A stretch of DNA of 64,000 nucleotides from Chiloscyllium plagiosum. Its lineage: Eukaryota. Position numbers and translations under genes: made by a program. The DNA lies in the NCBI RefSeq assembly GCF_004010195.1, contig NC_057720.1:22866567-22930566 (forward strand), read 5' to 3'. The notes beneath the pieces were generated by a model. That model worked only from the letters and a program-made list of their open reading frames with translations, was not told the origin of the DNA and ran no database searches. Below, in pieces: positions 24,745 to 39,302 of the stretch (position 1 is the first letter of the stretch; each line of letters begins with the position of its first letter).

Positions 24745-25075
24745 AGGTGGTAACTTAATGGTAATGTGACTGGGATTAGTAATTTGGAAACCAAGACAAA
24801 TGTTTGGGAGATATGGATTTGAATCTTAACATACCAGATGGTGAAGTTTCAATTCAATAAAAATATGGAATGAAGATCATCTAGCGGCAACCATGTAACA
24901 ACTGTCAAATGTACGAAAACCCATCTGGTCATTAATCCTTATTAGAGGAGGAAATCTGTCACCCTTCACGGTATGGCCGACAATAAGTCCAGACCAAAGC
25001 CAGAATTAATTGATTCTTAGCTGGGTATGGGTAATAAATGCTGGCTCAGCCAGTGTTACCCACATCTTAGAAATC
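24745..25075 (+). mobile_element. Decayed tRNA-derived SINE, same family as 46568-47105
   Basis: AAAACCCATCTGG..GGAAATCTG..AATAAATGCTGGC blocks. Confidence 0.65.
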
Positions 25076-25459
25076 ATATTTCTTTTAAAAATGGGCTGAA
25101 TGGCCTGTTTCAGTGCTTTTGGAATAATATAGGTGGAATAGTTTTCTTTAGCTCAAGGACCATTTTTACTCCACAACAATTTAATATTAATCACATTCAA
25201 TTTTCAAATGATGTTTACAATTAGTATTTTGTTTAAAGAAGAAGCACGTAGGATAGATATCAATTTATTTATTTTGATGCAGTTATTTTTAATAGTCCCT
25301 TATTTCCTGTATTGTTGATGAAATTACAGATTATAGGCTGCACATGATCAAAATCATACAAATTAAAGTTAATAAAACAGTTATGCAAAACTACTGTCAA
25401 GGAGTCTGGAATTTATGCAAATTAATGCAATTTACTGTTACTGTCTATTCATTTATTAG

Positions 25460-26520
25460 AGTAACAACAACTTGTATTTATGTAGATCCTTTAATGCAGA
25501 AGCATAATATAGCAAAACAACATTGAATAATGTATGACAACATTAGGTCAAGGGTATTGGTCAATGATATAGGTTTTATAGAACACTTTGAAAGGAGAAA
25601 GCAATGAAGAGCTTTTAGCGAAGGAACCCAGAGTTTAGGATCCAGGAAGCTGCAGACTCCAAAGTTGTAGTAATTAAAGTTGGAGATACTTAACAGATCT
25701 GGGCTGCCAGAGGGAGTGGTGGAGGCTAGTACAATTGCAACATTTAAAAAGAACCTGGATGTGTATATGAATATGAAGGGTTTGGAGGGACATGGGCCGG
25801 CAGGCAGGCAGGACTGGTTTGGGTTGGGATATCTGGTGAGCATAGACAGTTGTTTCCGTGCTGTACATCTCTATGACTGTAAGTGCAGACTCTAGAAGAG
25901 TTATGGGTCTGGAGTGGTGAGACTACAGAGAGATTTGCCAACAAAAAAGAGAATTTAAATATCAAGGTGAGCACAACTGGCAACTGACATTAGGTCAGTG
26001 AGTACAGGGACAATGGAATAATGGCATTTGATATGAGTTACAATACAAATGTCAGAGTTTAGGATGACCTCCAGTTTTCAGAAGGTAGAATGTGGTAGGC
26101 CAGCCAGGAATTCATTTCGGTAGTCAGGTCTAGACGTAACAAAAATACAGATGAGAGTTTTAGCAGCAAAGGGCAAAGGTGGCGATAGGTGATGCTATGT
26201 CAGTGGAAATAGTTGGTCTGATCATTGATACAGACAGATGGTCAGAAGCTCATTATGCTCAAAACACAACAAGATTACGAACATTTTGGTTTAACCTCAA
26301 TAGATTATTTGGGAAAGGGATGGAGTTGGCAACTAGAAAATGGAGTTTGCAGCAGGGACTGATGACAATACTTCCACCTTCACAATATTTAATTGACAGA
26401 AATTTCCACTACCCATTCTGCTCAGCTGAATATCCAACAGTTTAACAATTTAACAAAATAGTGAAGGAGCTTAGATTGGTGGAGGTGTGGTGAAACTAAT
26501 TATTATCAATGTCCCTGTGC
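25460..26520 (-). mobile_element. Old L2-like LINE remnant with a nested CR1 3' end (+, about 25697-25880)
   Basis: Similar to 54190-55130; nested part encodes LPEGVVEASTIATFKKNLD. Confidence 0.55.
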
Positions 26521-28264
26521 AAACTGGTGCTGAGCCCAATTTTAACTTTATTCATGGGATCCGAATGGGTTAAAATCCACTCGTATCTCTTGTCATTACA
26601 GAATTTTAAACACAGTCTAACAGGTGAATTCTAGTTTTGTAAATTAAAATAACTCTGATTCTCAACTGGTAGTATATTATCTAAACATCAAGATTCAATT
26701 ATTTCTTTTTTTGCCACATGCTCATTTATATTTTATAAGTATTTTAACGTATTTTAAATCAATTTTGGTTGCACTCTTATTTACCATACTATAACTGAAG
26801 GATTTTGTTTATGATGTAATCAGTATAAAGTTAGGAAAACTGATCCTGCGGTGGGAAATAACATTGCTGCAATTGCTACCTAACTTTTTTACTTACACTT
26901 TGCATTAATTATGTGAACAGAGTTAAGTAAAATTCATTTGTTCTTCAAACATAAAATGGATGCAAGTTCACATATTTAACAACATCTATGCTTCTTTATT
27001 TATTTGATACTTAATGTTTTTTGACTTTTTGTTCCTATTCTTATGATACAATTTTGACCTTCAAAGCTTTAATGACTCAGAGGTACTCAGAATTGCAGAT
27101 GTGTATGTCTAGCTTTCATTTATCTTCCGGCAGTATGATGAGGTGGAAATAGCTCAAGTATAATTGTAGCTCATAATAATGTCCACTTAATTCAATAGCT
27201 TAACTAAATCCATCAATCAAAAACTAAACTGTACATGACAATTATTTCTATTCTTGTTGTAAGGTGGCAGTTAATCTTGATGTCACATTATCAAATAGCA
27301 TAATTATTTATCCTTCTTTTGTCTAGAAGTATTTTACCAAACATAGGGTAATCTCTTTTGTATGATTTGCTAATCATAATATCGACAAATGAAATGAGAA
27401 TGGTTTTTCATGCTAATGCATCAACATATATATTCTGGTCAATTGGAATTTTTTAAATCAAGATTGTAGTATTTTAGTATACTGCTGAAGAGGTGACCTG
27501 GAAGATGGATGACATGTATATTTTATATGTCTGTTCAAAACATGCCTGCAAAGAAAAATGACTGCATTCCTTTACATTTACAACAAACATGTTTGCAATA
27601 TTTAGTTGAGAATTACATTTCATTTTCTATATGGAAAATAAGTTATTAGCAAATTATTTAACTCTGTTATTTGCAGATATTGCCATGCAATTGGACAATT
27701 CGGGTAATTTTCAATTCCAATAAAACTATTAGACAATATGACCTCGATTATTATTGCTCACATTAGTACATGAACAATTAACACACCCAAATGACAATCG
27801 TTTGTTATTTTTGAATTGAAATAGAGAAGCTAATGCCTGTCCCAAAATAGCAAGTACAGGAATGTCATTGAAGCATGTTAAATCTTCATTCATTAACATC
27901 ACCAATAATGATTTCCTGATTTCTGCTTTTAAAACACATCTCCTTAAATTGGCTACAAAATTTCAACTGATGGATATAATGCTAAATTTTATTCAGGCAT
28001 CTTAAAGAAAACCTTTTTTAAATGCGCTAGTGAGGAAATTAGGAATAACTTTTTTTTAATATCTTGATGAGGAAAACTTGTCTTTGTATAACAGCTGAAC
28101 ATATGATTCAAAATATTCCAAAATTGCTTTTGGGCAATTAATTGCTTTCACATGATACTCTGTTCTATATTAAAGAATCCTTAGCCATCCTACGCCAGTA
28201 TGTTTTGAAGATGGAGTCATTGGTCAGCAGGCAGCAGTAAAAGATTTGTGCAAAATTTCAACTT

Positions 28265-29425
28265 TTCTAACATTTGGGGCTTTCAGAAGAAATAGGAGCA
28301 TGAGTAGATCATATGCCTGCTTGACTGTGCTCTGCCATTCAATGTGATCTTGTCTGATTTACTGTTAGAATTCTAACATCCTACTCACATCGCTTTGTTC
28401 TCTGAGAGATCAAAAATCTGTTCCTCAGCCTTCAATATTCTTAAGAATGGAACAAACATACACCACTAGCCAATAGAATTCCACAGATTCACAGGCTTTT
28501 GTGGAGAGAAATTACTCCTCATTTCAGTCCTCATTGATCAACCTTATTCTGAGACCGTGCCCCTGTGTTATGGATGCACCAAGTCACATAACCTCCTAGT
28601 ATTCATCCTGTCAAGCTCCTTCAGAATCTGGTATGTATCAATGAGATCGATTTTCATTCTATGAAATGCTAAAAAACAATAGGCTCAGTTTATATAGCTT
28701 CACATCATGGTCTCCTGAGATGGGAATGTTAACCTATTGAGTGAATCTACAAATAACTAACTTCACATCAAGAATAGCCTTCCTTAGGTACGTATTTGAA
28801 AACTACACACTATGTCTCAAGTATGACCTCCATCAAAGTCTTATGGTGGGAGAAGGTTCCTCATTTTTGTACTCCAGTGTCCTTGCAGTAAAAGTCAACA
28901 TGCCATTTGTATTTTTAATTATTTGTGGCACCTCCTTACTAATTTCTGTGTTCTTTATACATTAACCTTAGTGTCCCTGGACATCAACATTTTAAATTAA
29001 AAAGCATACCCACCATGTCTCTTAAAATGTCTACATTGTTTTGCAGTCTCTCTGTGTATTCCTCATACTACTAAGTCTTATTTCATTAGCATACTTTAAC
29101 ACAATGTCGCTGCCCATGAAGATTCCCAACCCAACACTATGTTTTAGTCAAAGAAATGTGCAACATGCCCAGGGAGCACACGTGTAGGCCAGACTAAGTA
29201 AGGATGGCATTTTGTCTCCACACAGGCTGACCAGGTGGGTTGTTTTGTTTTATGGCATCCAACAGTGACTACATGTTCACCATAGAGTCAATGTACTATT
29301 CCAAGTTTTTATTCATTTCAAATTTCACCATTTGCCATAATGGGATTTGAAGACATGAACCCAGAACATTAGTTTGGGGTTCTGGATTACAAATTCAGTG
29401 CCATTTGCTATTACACCACCACCAC
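28265..29425 (-). mobile_element. Decayed CR1 3' fragment (about 28265-29100) and SINE remnant (about 29180-29425)
   Basis: GAATTCCACAGATTCAC and ATAGGAGC CR1 blocks; CAAATTTCACCATTTGCCAT..GGGATTTGAA SINE block. Confidence 0.6.
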
Positions 29426-30045
29426 CAGGAAACTAACCATCGGTGAATCAGTGAGTGAATGGTTGCATGAATGAGTTAATAAATGGGGAGGTAGATGAGC
29501 AGTAGATGGAAAAGTAGAGAAATGGATAAGGTGGGCGAGCTAGGTAGTTGGGTTGGATAGGTCAGGCGTCTAAATAAATGAGATGAGTAGGGGGATGAGA
29601 CAGATAGGTAAGTGAGTGGGGGATGCAGATGAGTTTGTCAGAAGGTGTGGGTAATTGGGCTATTGCTAGGTACTTTGACCTGAACATGCGGTAGTCAGGT
29701 AACGTCATGTGCTAGTCATGTTTTGTCTGAAGGAATAGTTAGATGATTGGGTAGTTGAGGATAGATCGAGGTCAGACATATAGACAAATGATCAGGGTTA
29801 TTTGAGTAGTTGGTGGTGTGGTGATTGGGGGTTTCAGTTGCAACAGAACATCTGATCAGAAGTTTAAACTTCCCTGATAATTCCTACCCAGAACCACACA
29901 TTAGAACTTGTACCTTCTGTAATCTAGCTAGTCGACAACTATTCAGAGACTCAAAGGTTTGTGAAATTAATACAGATTTTAAGTAGCTGAGGCCATAACA
30001 TTGATACTTTTTGCAATCCACTAGCAACAGCCTATCAATTGGAAA

Positions 30046-30125
30046 TTTCTTTCTTTCCTTTCTTTCTTTCCTTTCTTTCTTTCCTTTCTTTCTTTCCTTT
30101 CTTTTTCTTTCCTTTCTTTCTTTTC
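30046..30125. repeat. Polypyrimidine (TTTC/TTTCC)n microsatellite
   Basis: About 80 bp of only T and C. Confidence 0.95.
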
Positions 30126-30709
30126 TATTAGCCAATGGCCAGTTCAGGCTAATATATCATCCCAACTCCATGAATCCTCTTTTAATCTAATACTATTCTT
30201 AACTTCCCTATTAAGTCACAGATGGATATTTCTCACTTTTTTTTTCTTAATAATGTAATATATTTTTGTTGATTAGCTTTTCATCATTTCTTTAAATTGT
30301 TTCCCTCTGATCATTTACAACAACATTTTAAAATGTATTTATCCAAACAGCCTTAGCCATCTATTCCATTCAATCTATGTATTTGTCTTTGTTTCAGTTT
30401 AAGAATTTTGTTTGGATTTTAATATGTTGTTCGCAAACTTAATAAGGAATTCAATTGTATTATGTTTGCTTTTTCCCAGCAGATTTTTTACAATCAGATT
30501 AGTAATTAAACCTGCCTCATTACACAATGTAGATCCAAAATAGCTTAGTCCTTATTTGGTTTCATTAAATATTGTTCTCGGAAGCTGTTGTGAAAGTATT
30601 CTACTAAGTGATCTTCCAGACTACCTTTGCCAATTGGATTTGTCCAGTGTATATGAAGATTAAAGAATCTCTCAAATATTACATTGTCTTTGTGATGAGC
30701 TCAATTTAT

Positions 30710-30858
30710 TTCTTCAGAATGTTCTGAAGAAGGGACACTTGACCTGAAATGTTAACTCTGCTTTCTCTCCACAGATGCTGCCAGGCATGCTGAGCTTTTT
30801 CAGCAATTTCTGTTTTAATTTCTGATTTCCAGCATCTGCAGTTATTTAGTTTTTTTTC
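30710..30858 (+). mobile_element. Hammerhead element, family D, with a very short inverted arm, inside an old CR1 remnant
   Basis: TTCTTCAGAATGTTCTGAAGAA palindrome; GTT-CTGAAGA..GAAATGTT-AAC at 30721-30756; CAATTTAT repeated at 30702 and 30859. Confidence 0.75.
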
Positions 30859-31439
30859 CAATTTATCCCTTGCCTAAGGCTCTGTTCTGTGCTCAGCTGG
30901 GTACTGATGGATGATGCCCAGCAGCATTTACTGAACTGGTTATTCCAAATTTTTATTCATACCTGTTCTATTTTCTAATTTGGTCATGGAAATGATAGTT
31001 TCACAGTATGATATTTTTGAGACAGATTCTAATTAAAAGGAAAATTAAAAATTTCCTTCTTCATATGTAGAATCTGATTATTTTAGTTAATAAGGAAGCT
31101 AAGAGATTGTAAACCAAAACTTCTGGTGAGACAGAACCTAGTTGGAACCATATAAAGAAGACACCAAGGATTCAGAGCTCAGATGACATTGATTATTCCA
31201 GTATTGTAGCACTTTGGGTCGATATTTATTGGAGTTGAGAAGGGGATCTAATTGTAACTTAGAATACTGAATGGCCTGGATAGAGTGGACGTTGGAAAGA
31301 TGTTTTCATTGGTAGGAGAGACTAGGACTTGAGAAGACTAGTTCTAAAAGCTAAGAATAGGCAAATACATATATATTGCAGCTGTTTCTCTTAATTAAAG
31401 ATAACTTTGTTATTCTGCATCACTGAGACCAAGTGGGAC

Positions 31440-33135
31440 CATAAGACATTGGAGCAGAAATTAGGCCATTCAACACATCGAGTTTGCTCCATGATTGAAT
31501 CATGCTTGATAAGTTTCTCAACCCAATTCTCCTGCTTTCTCACCATGCCCTTTTGATCCCCTTGATAATCAAGAACCTATTTCTCTCCGTCTTAAATATA
31601 CTCAATGACCTGGCCTGTACAGCCTTCTGTGGCAATGAATTCTACAGATTCGTCACTCTCTTGCTGAACAATTTTCTCCTTCTCTCTGTTCTAAAGAGTC
31701 TTCCCTTGACTCTGAGGCTGTGCCCTCGGGTCCTAGTCTCTCCTACCAATGCAAACATCTTTCCAACCTCCACTCTATCCAGGCCATTCAGTATTCTAAG
31801 TTACAATTAGATCCCCTTCTCATCCTTCTAAACTCCAATGAATATCGACCCAAAGTCCTCAAAACATTCCTCATATATTAAGCCTTTCATGCCTGGGGAC
31901 ATTCTTGTGAACCTCCCTTGGACCCGCTCCAGGGACAATACATCTTTCTGGAGTATGGGGCACAAAATTGCTTACAATACTCTAAATGTTGTCTGATCAG
32001 ACCCTTATAAAGCCTCAGAAGTACATCACTGCTTTTATATTCTAATCCTCTCAAAATAAAGGCCAACATTGTATTTGCCTTCCTAGCTACTGACTCAACC
32101 TGTAAGTTTACCTTAAGAGAATCATGGACCAGAACTCCCAAGTCCATTTGCACTTCAGATTTTTGAATTTTCTCCCCATTTAGAAAATAGTCCATGTCTT
32201 ATTCTTCCTACCAAAGTGTATGATCTCACACTTTCCCACATTATACTCTATCTGCCACTTCTTTGCCTACTCTCCTAACCTGTCCAAATCCTTTTGCAGC
32301 CTCCCTACTACCTCAATGCTACCTGTCCCTGTACCTATCATTGTATCATCGGCAAACAGAGCCAGAACGCTCTCAGTTCCTTCATCTAGATCATTACTGT
32401 ATAAAGTGAAATGTTGTGGTCCCAACACTGAGCCTTGCGGAACACCACTAAGTCACTGGCTGCCATCCTGAGAAGGACCCTTTTATCCCTACTCTGCTTT
32501 CTGCCAGACAGCCAAGCTTCTATTCATGCTAGTACCTTGCCTCTAACACCATAGACCCTTATCTTACTCAGCAGCGTCCTGTTTCGCACCTTGTCAAATG
32601 ACTTCTGGAAGTCCAAGTAGATAACATCCATTGGCTCTCCTTGGTGTAACTTGCTCATTACCTCCTCAAAGAATTCTAACAGATATTTGAGGCATGACCT
32701 CCCCTTGATGAAACCATTCTGATTTTGCTCTATTTTACCATGCAATTTCAAATATTCAGAAATCTCATCCTTCATAATGAGCTCCAAATCTTACCAATGA
32801 CCGAGGTCAATTGGGCTGTAATTTCCAGTCTTCTGCCTTACTCCCTTCTTAGACAGGGGGTTTACAATGGTGATTTTCCAGTCCTCTGGCATCTTCTCTG
32901 ACTCCAGTGATTCCTGAAAAACTACCACTAATGCCGTCACTATCTCTTCAGCTATCTCCTTCAGAACTCCGGGGTGTTGTCCATCTGTTCCAGGTGATTT
33001 ATCCACCTTCAGATCTTTCAATTTTTCTAGCACCTTCTCCTTGGTGATGGCTACCATACTTACCTCTGTCGCCTGACTCTCTTGAATTTTTGGGATGTTA
33101 CTAGCATCTTCCACCATGAAGACTGATGCAAAGTG
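31440..33135 (-). mobile_element. CR1 LINE ORF2 (RT) fragment, frameshifted
   Basis: KSPGTDG.HP.VLKE..EDWK; QNGFIKGRSCL..DVIYLDFQKSFDKV; DLGVLVH..HLEYC. Confidence 0.93.
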
Positions 33136-34439
33136 ACCAGGTTCTGTGTCATTTTTGGTGGATACCTTGTCCATGCTACTTGGTTTGGTTGTGTGCTGCA
33201 GTCAGTTGGGTTTTAGGTTGAATTATAGAACAAGAGAAGCTGAAAATCTTTGAGGAAGACACGGTTTGAAAAGACTTTACCATGCTGAGTGGACTAACCA
33301 GAAAATTTGTAAGATCTGCCTTAGTTGTATCTGCCATTTTCTGTGGAATTTCTAATGTATTATTGACCACAATTTGCCTGTTAATTCATGGCTAACTTAT
33401 GTCGATTTTGTGTTTTTAAAGTATAAATGATTGACCAAGATAGCACTCTCTTGGTTGGATTCTTGTACAGTAAAACTTATTTTGTTTTAAACTGTGGAAC
33501 CTTGTGACCACATTTCATCAGCAAATAAGAGGGATTTAGGATTTCTTTAAAAAGAAGATCCTGCTCTTGACCAAGATAATATCAAATTCCTTAGCCAAAA
33601 TCATTTCTTACCAATGTCATCCTTTATAATCAGAGTGACTCTTTCTTCTTTCCCACTCTATCAGGGTGCCAAGCATTACATAAAAAAAAAGTTGGTCTTA
33701 TAACCTTGGTCTCCTTGTAACCATATTGGGATGTGGAATCAGTCTTATACATCCATTTAAGAACCAGCAAGGAACACTAATTTCATAGGGAAAGTCTGAT
33801 AGTATTGAGGGCTCTTCCATCAGGCCTTCCCTGTATTTCAAGACTTATGGGACAAAAGGCCTAATTAATGAGAGGTACCAATTAATCAAGAGCTGGGAAA
33901 TCCTCATTGTCATCAGCACCACCACAAAGAATGGTAACTGCCAACAATTCACACATTGCAGGTCCAAGGTTGCAGAAGTACTCCAGGTTGACGGTGAGTG
34001 AGATGGAATGAGAATCACTAGGTGGGTGTTGCAGCATGGGAGGCAAAGAATTTGGAGACATGGGAACAGAGGTGGCATTCCATGGCTGCCTCCTGTCAAT
34101 GTCAGATCTCTTGAATGGGCACAAAATGCCTGATAATGATGGCCCCTCCTCTGGCAACTGCAGGAAATCGCAACAGAATTTGCTGGACACATTTCACGAA
34201 ACATTGGAAAGCCATGCGGCTTTGACTTAATACTTGAGTCACCAATAAACTGTGGTGGGCTGAGGGATAATGGGTGTCGCTTAATCCCTTTTACCCTCTA
34301 AATAATCAGAGGAGATTTTGCTGTTCCTGGGAGCCTCTCCCACAACTAATTGGTCCACCAGCCACTGATTTGCCATGAAGAGCTGCATTAAATTCCACAT
34401 CACAGCTCTATAATGCCAATTATATCAAAATCACTTATC

Positions 34440-36140
34440 ATTTTTATGGTGCTGATTTATTTATTGTATTATAAATAGGTAACATTTTGGATAAACAGCC
34501 TTTAACTTAAGTTTTATGGCCTATGTTCTTTGCAAGGATCTTATTCAGTGTGGGATTATTGCCATTAAATTCTCCATTCCTTCTTTCCCCACACTTTGTA
34601 TTTACCCAATTTGCCTCATGCCCATTGCCTTGGTTTCACTCTTTGGAGATCTGAAACTCTTATCATCTGATCCCTCAATCTCTCTTCTAGCTAAGGCCCA
34701 ATACACGGCCCAAATTGTGATGTTGAACTCAGTCCAGGTTAAAAAGAGCCCTTTCCAATGGAATAGCTTTGCTCAGTACTCCATCAGACCCCCACTGATC
34801 AAAAACCCTCCTCTTACCCCACATCCCCCAGATATTTAATTCTCTGTGTGCTTATACTCTGTCAATTGACAGACAATCCAGAGACTACTATTTCTGGAAT
34901 GCTGAATTTTAATTTAGATTCAATTTTCTCAACAGAACATCATTCTTAGCTTTTACTGTAGTCATTTGGTTTCTCCATGGATTGTCACAAAATGATTACC
35001 TTCTTCCATTTTAAGTTCATCTCCAAATGAAAATGCCTTTCATCCTGGCATCAGACTGGCAACACATCCTCTGGAACTCCAGATTGCAGTTCCTAGCTCA
35101 AACAATGTCAAAAGAAGATGGCCCAAACTCTCTCAGGACTCAAATACATAACCTAAGTGAAATTTCAGTGGAATGCAATGAGGGAAAAGTGTGAAGTCAT
35201 GCACTTTGGTGGGAAGAATCTGTTCCCCTAACAATACTGGCACCTAGCAGCCCAACAGTCCTTATCACTTCTGCGACCATGGTTCTAAAGTCATTTTACC
35301 CATATACTCTGCAGTGTTTGTTCTGATCCACGTGGATAGGAAGCATTTTGTGCTTGTCCATCAAAGTCAAGGGAGAGTCTATCATCATGCAGTTCTGGTC
35401 GTCTCACTTTAGGAAAGATGTGGAAGCTTTGGAGAGGGTGCAGAGAAGATTTACCAGGATGTTGCCTGGAATGGAGAATAGGTCGTACGAGGATAGGTTG
35501 AGAGTGCTAGGCCTTTTCTCGTTGGAACGGCGAAGGATGAGGGGTGACTTGATAGAGGTTATAAGATGATCAGAGGAATAGATAGAGTAGACAGTCAGAA
35601 ACTTTTTCCCCGGGTGCAACAGAGTGTTACAAGGGGACATAAATTTAAGGTGAAGCGTGGAAGGTATAGGGGAGATGTCAGGGGTGGGTTCTTTACCCAG
35701 AGAGTGGTGGGGGCATGGAATGCGCTGCCTTTGGGAGTGGTAGAGTCAGAATCTTTGGTGACCTTTAAGCGGCAATTGGATAGGTACATGGATGGGTGCT
35801 TAAGCTAGGACAAATGTTTGGCACAACATCGTGGGCCGAAGGGCCTGTTCTGTGCTGTATTGTTCTATGTTCTATGTTCTCTATCATATCCTTGAGTCCT
35901 GTATCTGCCTGACTCTCATTCTCATTGTCCTGCCCCTGATCATTGAACAACTCTAATAAAGTTCTATTTCAGCTCAAGGGTATGATTACTTCATAGAATG
36001 TTTGCAGCTCAAACTCCAGTTCAACAACCTGGAGCCAAAATTGCCTGAGATGCAGATAGTTCCTGCTGTTATAGCTGCTCAGGATTGCAATGCTTTCAAC
36101 AACCTCCTACATGTTGCAGTCACAGCATACCATCTGCCCT
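34440..36140 (-). mobile_element. Very decayed CR1 5'/ORF1 remnant
   Basis: Cys-rich N-terminal-like segment near 36000-36140; similarity to 47500-47900. Confidence 0.45.
35386..35880 (+). mobile_element. Young CR1 3' fragment
   Basis: QFWS.HFRKDVEALERVQRRFTRM..FFTQRVVGAWNALP; TCTATCAT on both sides; (TTCTATG)n tail. Confidence 0.93.
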
Positions 36141-36959
36141 GCCGTGACTTTTAATCTTATTTATTTATTTGATCCAGGAATTAGTTACTAATGTGGTGAA
36201 GTAAATACATTGCAGATTACATTCTCTTATCTTTGAGATCAAAGACAAACACTCAGCAGCAACTGGAGCTAAAACAAACACAGTAAACCATTCCAACGCC
36301 CTCAACCCCCAAACTGAATTCGCACTTGTGTAAAATTTCCAACTTTGGCACTCTATTTGCAAAGTATTCTGTTCTCTGATCAATCTTGTGTGGAGACTTT
36401 GTGATTCACATCCATGTTTCAATTGCCCATCTTCCTGCTACAGTAATTAGTACCCAGTCAGGCAATTACTTTCAGTTGATTGAATGAATGTTAGCTGTCA
36501 CTGACAGGCAGTTTCTGTTAGTGAGATCTCTTAACCGACATTTGGTTTCTTATACAGTTATAAAGTTCTGAGTCAAATTGTAATGTTCAAACAGATATCA
36601 GCTTGAGACTGTTTCCCAGGCAGTTTCCACTTGCTGCAACTTCTGACTTTAGCATTCTCTTTATGAAAAGCAGGTCTTATGACACTGTGGTCTGAAGATA
36701 CATCAAATACTCTGAACTAGACTTTACCGTGAATTTTGAGACACTGACATCAAGACCAAACAAGGTTCCTGAGCCAGTAATCCCAGGAAGATGACTCCTG
36801 GGAGGTGACTTTCTACTTGTCAGTTGTTGATTAAGGGCTCTTAATATTGAAGGCCTAGTCAGAGGGATGGAACCATGAGGACCACAGCACCCAGAGAAGC
36901 AGTTGCTACTGAGATAGGTTGGAAACATACGAGGGACCTGGAAGACATTGATGAAATTT

Positions 36960-38250
36960 GTTTTATTCTCTCATGGGATGTGGGTGTCATTGGCTGGGCC
37001 ATTTTTATTGCCTGTCCCTTGTTGCCCCTCTGAAGGTGGTGGTGAGCTGCCTTCTTGAACTGCTGTGGTCCATGTGCTGTAGGTAGACTCACAATGTTCT
37101 TAGGGAGGGAATGCTAGCATTTCGACCCAGTGACAGCGACAGGATGATGACATATTTCCAAATCAGTATGGCGAGTGGTTTGGAGGGAAACTTGTGGGTG
37201 ATGCTATTCCCATGTATGTGCTTCCCTTTCCCTTTTAGATGGTAGTAGTTATGGTTTGAAAGATGTTATCTAATGATCCTTGGTGAATTTCTGCAGTATA
37301 TCTCACTGTTAGTGTACACTGCTTTTACTGAGTATCTGGGATGGAGGGAGTAGATGTGGTGTCAGTCAAGTGTGCTACTTCATCCTGCATGGTGCCAAAC
37401 CTTTTGAATGTTGTTGGAACTGCAGGCAAAGGGGAGTATTCCATCACATTCCTGACTTATGCCTTCTGGATGGTGGACAGGCTTTTGGGGAGTTAGAAAG
37501 TAAGTTACTCGCTGCTATATTCCTAGCATCTCACCTGCTCTTGTAGCCATTATAATTATGTGGTGAGTCCAGTTCAGTTTCTGGTCAATCCTAACCCCCC
37601 AGAATGATTATAGTGGGGAAATCTAGTGATGGTATCATTATTGAATGTCAGAGTGGTGTTAGATTGTCTCTTATTGGACTTGGTCATTGCCTGACATATG
37701 TAGCATGGTTGTTTTGTCACTTTTCAGCCCATGTCTGGGTACTGTTCAGGCGTTGCCACATTTGTAGATTGGTTATTTTCAACATCTGGGGAGTCGTATA
37801 CAGTGCTGAACTTTGTGCTATCATTGGCAAACACCCCCACTTTTGACCTTATGATGGAGGGCTGGTCATTGATGAAGCAGCTGAAGATGTTGGGTCCAGG
37901 ACACCACTCTCTGAGGAACTCCTGCAGAGATGTCTTGGAGCTTGGATGACTGACCTCCAATAACCACAACCCTCTTCCTATGTGCCAAGTATAACTTCAA
38001 CCAGCAGAACTTTTGCTAAGGTTTCTGGATGCCATACTTAATCAAATGTGGCCTCACATGTCACTCTTACCTCACTTCTGGAATTCCGCTCTTGCATCCA
38101 TGTTTGAACCAAGACTGTAAAGAGATCGGGAGCTGAGTAGCCCTGATGGAACCCAAACTGGGCATCATTGAGCAGATTATTGCTAAGTAGGTGATGCATG
38201 ATAGCACTGTTGATGACACTTTCCAAAACTTTACTGTTGATCGAAGAGGC
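36960..38250 (-). mobile_element. L2/CR1-group LINE RT fragment
   Basis: HLLSNNLLNDAQFGFHQGYSAPDL; PNIFSCFIND..GVFAND; 3' end similar to the SINE tail at 47040-47100. Confidence 0.8.
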
Positions 38251-38724
38251 CTATGGTCAGTGTGCCCATCTTTCCCACCCAAAGTTTGAATAGGGTGACT
38301 TTCTGATGACCCCTCCAATACTGAAGTCTTCTCACCACCCTGGAAATTGGGGCAAGAACAGGCCTTTGTCATAGCAAACCCATTGTAAATGTGCAGGCAT
38401 CTTGCAGAGGGGGTAATGCAGGAAGAAGGTTACTCAGGGATATTTATGGGACCACTATGCTTGACAATCTATAGGTAGGGGAGCACAAAATTCTATCTTT
38501 TTATTCGTCCTTTAATACAGAAATTTTACCAGCAGTGAGAAGGCCTTCCACTATGTGAGAAGATTGTCTGGTGAACCCTGGCAGCAACCCTACAAGCAAA
38601 GTAGTTCACCCTTCCTAATCAAGCATTCTGTGGCCCACAGAGGGTTCTACTCAGCCTTGGCACCAATGACCGTCTTCAAATCAATGCCCCACAGTCTCGT
38701 CCAACATCCTCTGGCTCCTTTACA

Positions 38725-39302
38725 GAAATGTGGTCAGACCACATTTGGAGTATTGTGTGCACTTTTGGGCCTCATATCTCAGGGAGGATGTACTGGCCAG
38801 GGAGCGGGTTCAGAGGAGATTCACAAGAATAGTCACAGGAATGAAAAGCTTAATATATGAGGAATGTTTGACAACTCTGGGTCTATACACAATGGAGTTT
38901 AGAATAATGGGGGTGAGGTCTAATTGAAACTTACAGAATACTGAATGGCCTGGACAGAGTGGATGTTGGGAGGATGTCTCCATTGGTAAGAGAGACTAGG
39001 ACCCAAGGGCACAGCCTTAGAGTAAAGGAAAGACCTTTTAGAACGGAGTAAGGAGAGATTTCTTCAGCCAGAGAGTGGTGAATCTATGCTATTCACTATC
39101 ACAGAGGGCTGTTGAGATCAGATCATTAAGTATATTTAAGATGGAGATAGATTATTGATTTTTTGATTGTCAAGGGGATCAAGGGTGATGGGGAGAAAAT
39201 GGAAGAATGGGGTTGAGAAACTTATCAGCCATGATTGAATGGCAAAGCAGACTTGATGGGCTGAATAGCCTAATTTCTGCTCCTATGTCTTACGGTCTTA
39301 TC
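38725..39302 (+). mobile_element. CR1 3' fragment
   Basis: VRPHLEYCVHFW..ERVQRRFTR; TATGTCTTA.GGTCTTA tail. Confidence 0.9.

Noticed and set aside
29884..30135. Lys/Arg/Glu-rich ORF
   Set aside because: Translation of the TTTC microsatellite.
33760..34390. Overlapping 102-119 aa ORFs in a GC-richer patch
   Set aside because: No recognisable motif; probably a decayed repeat that I cannot classify.
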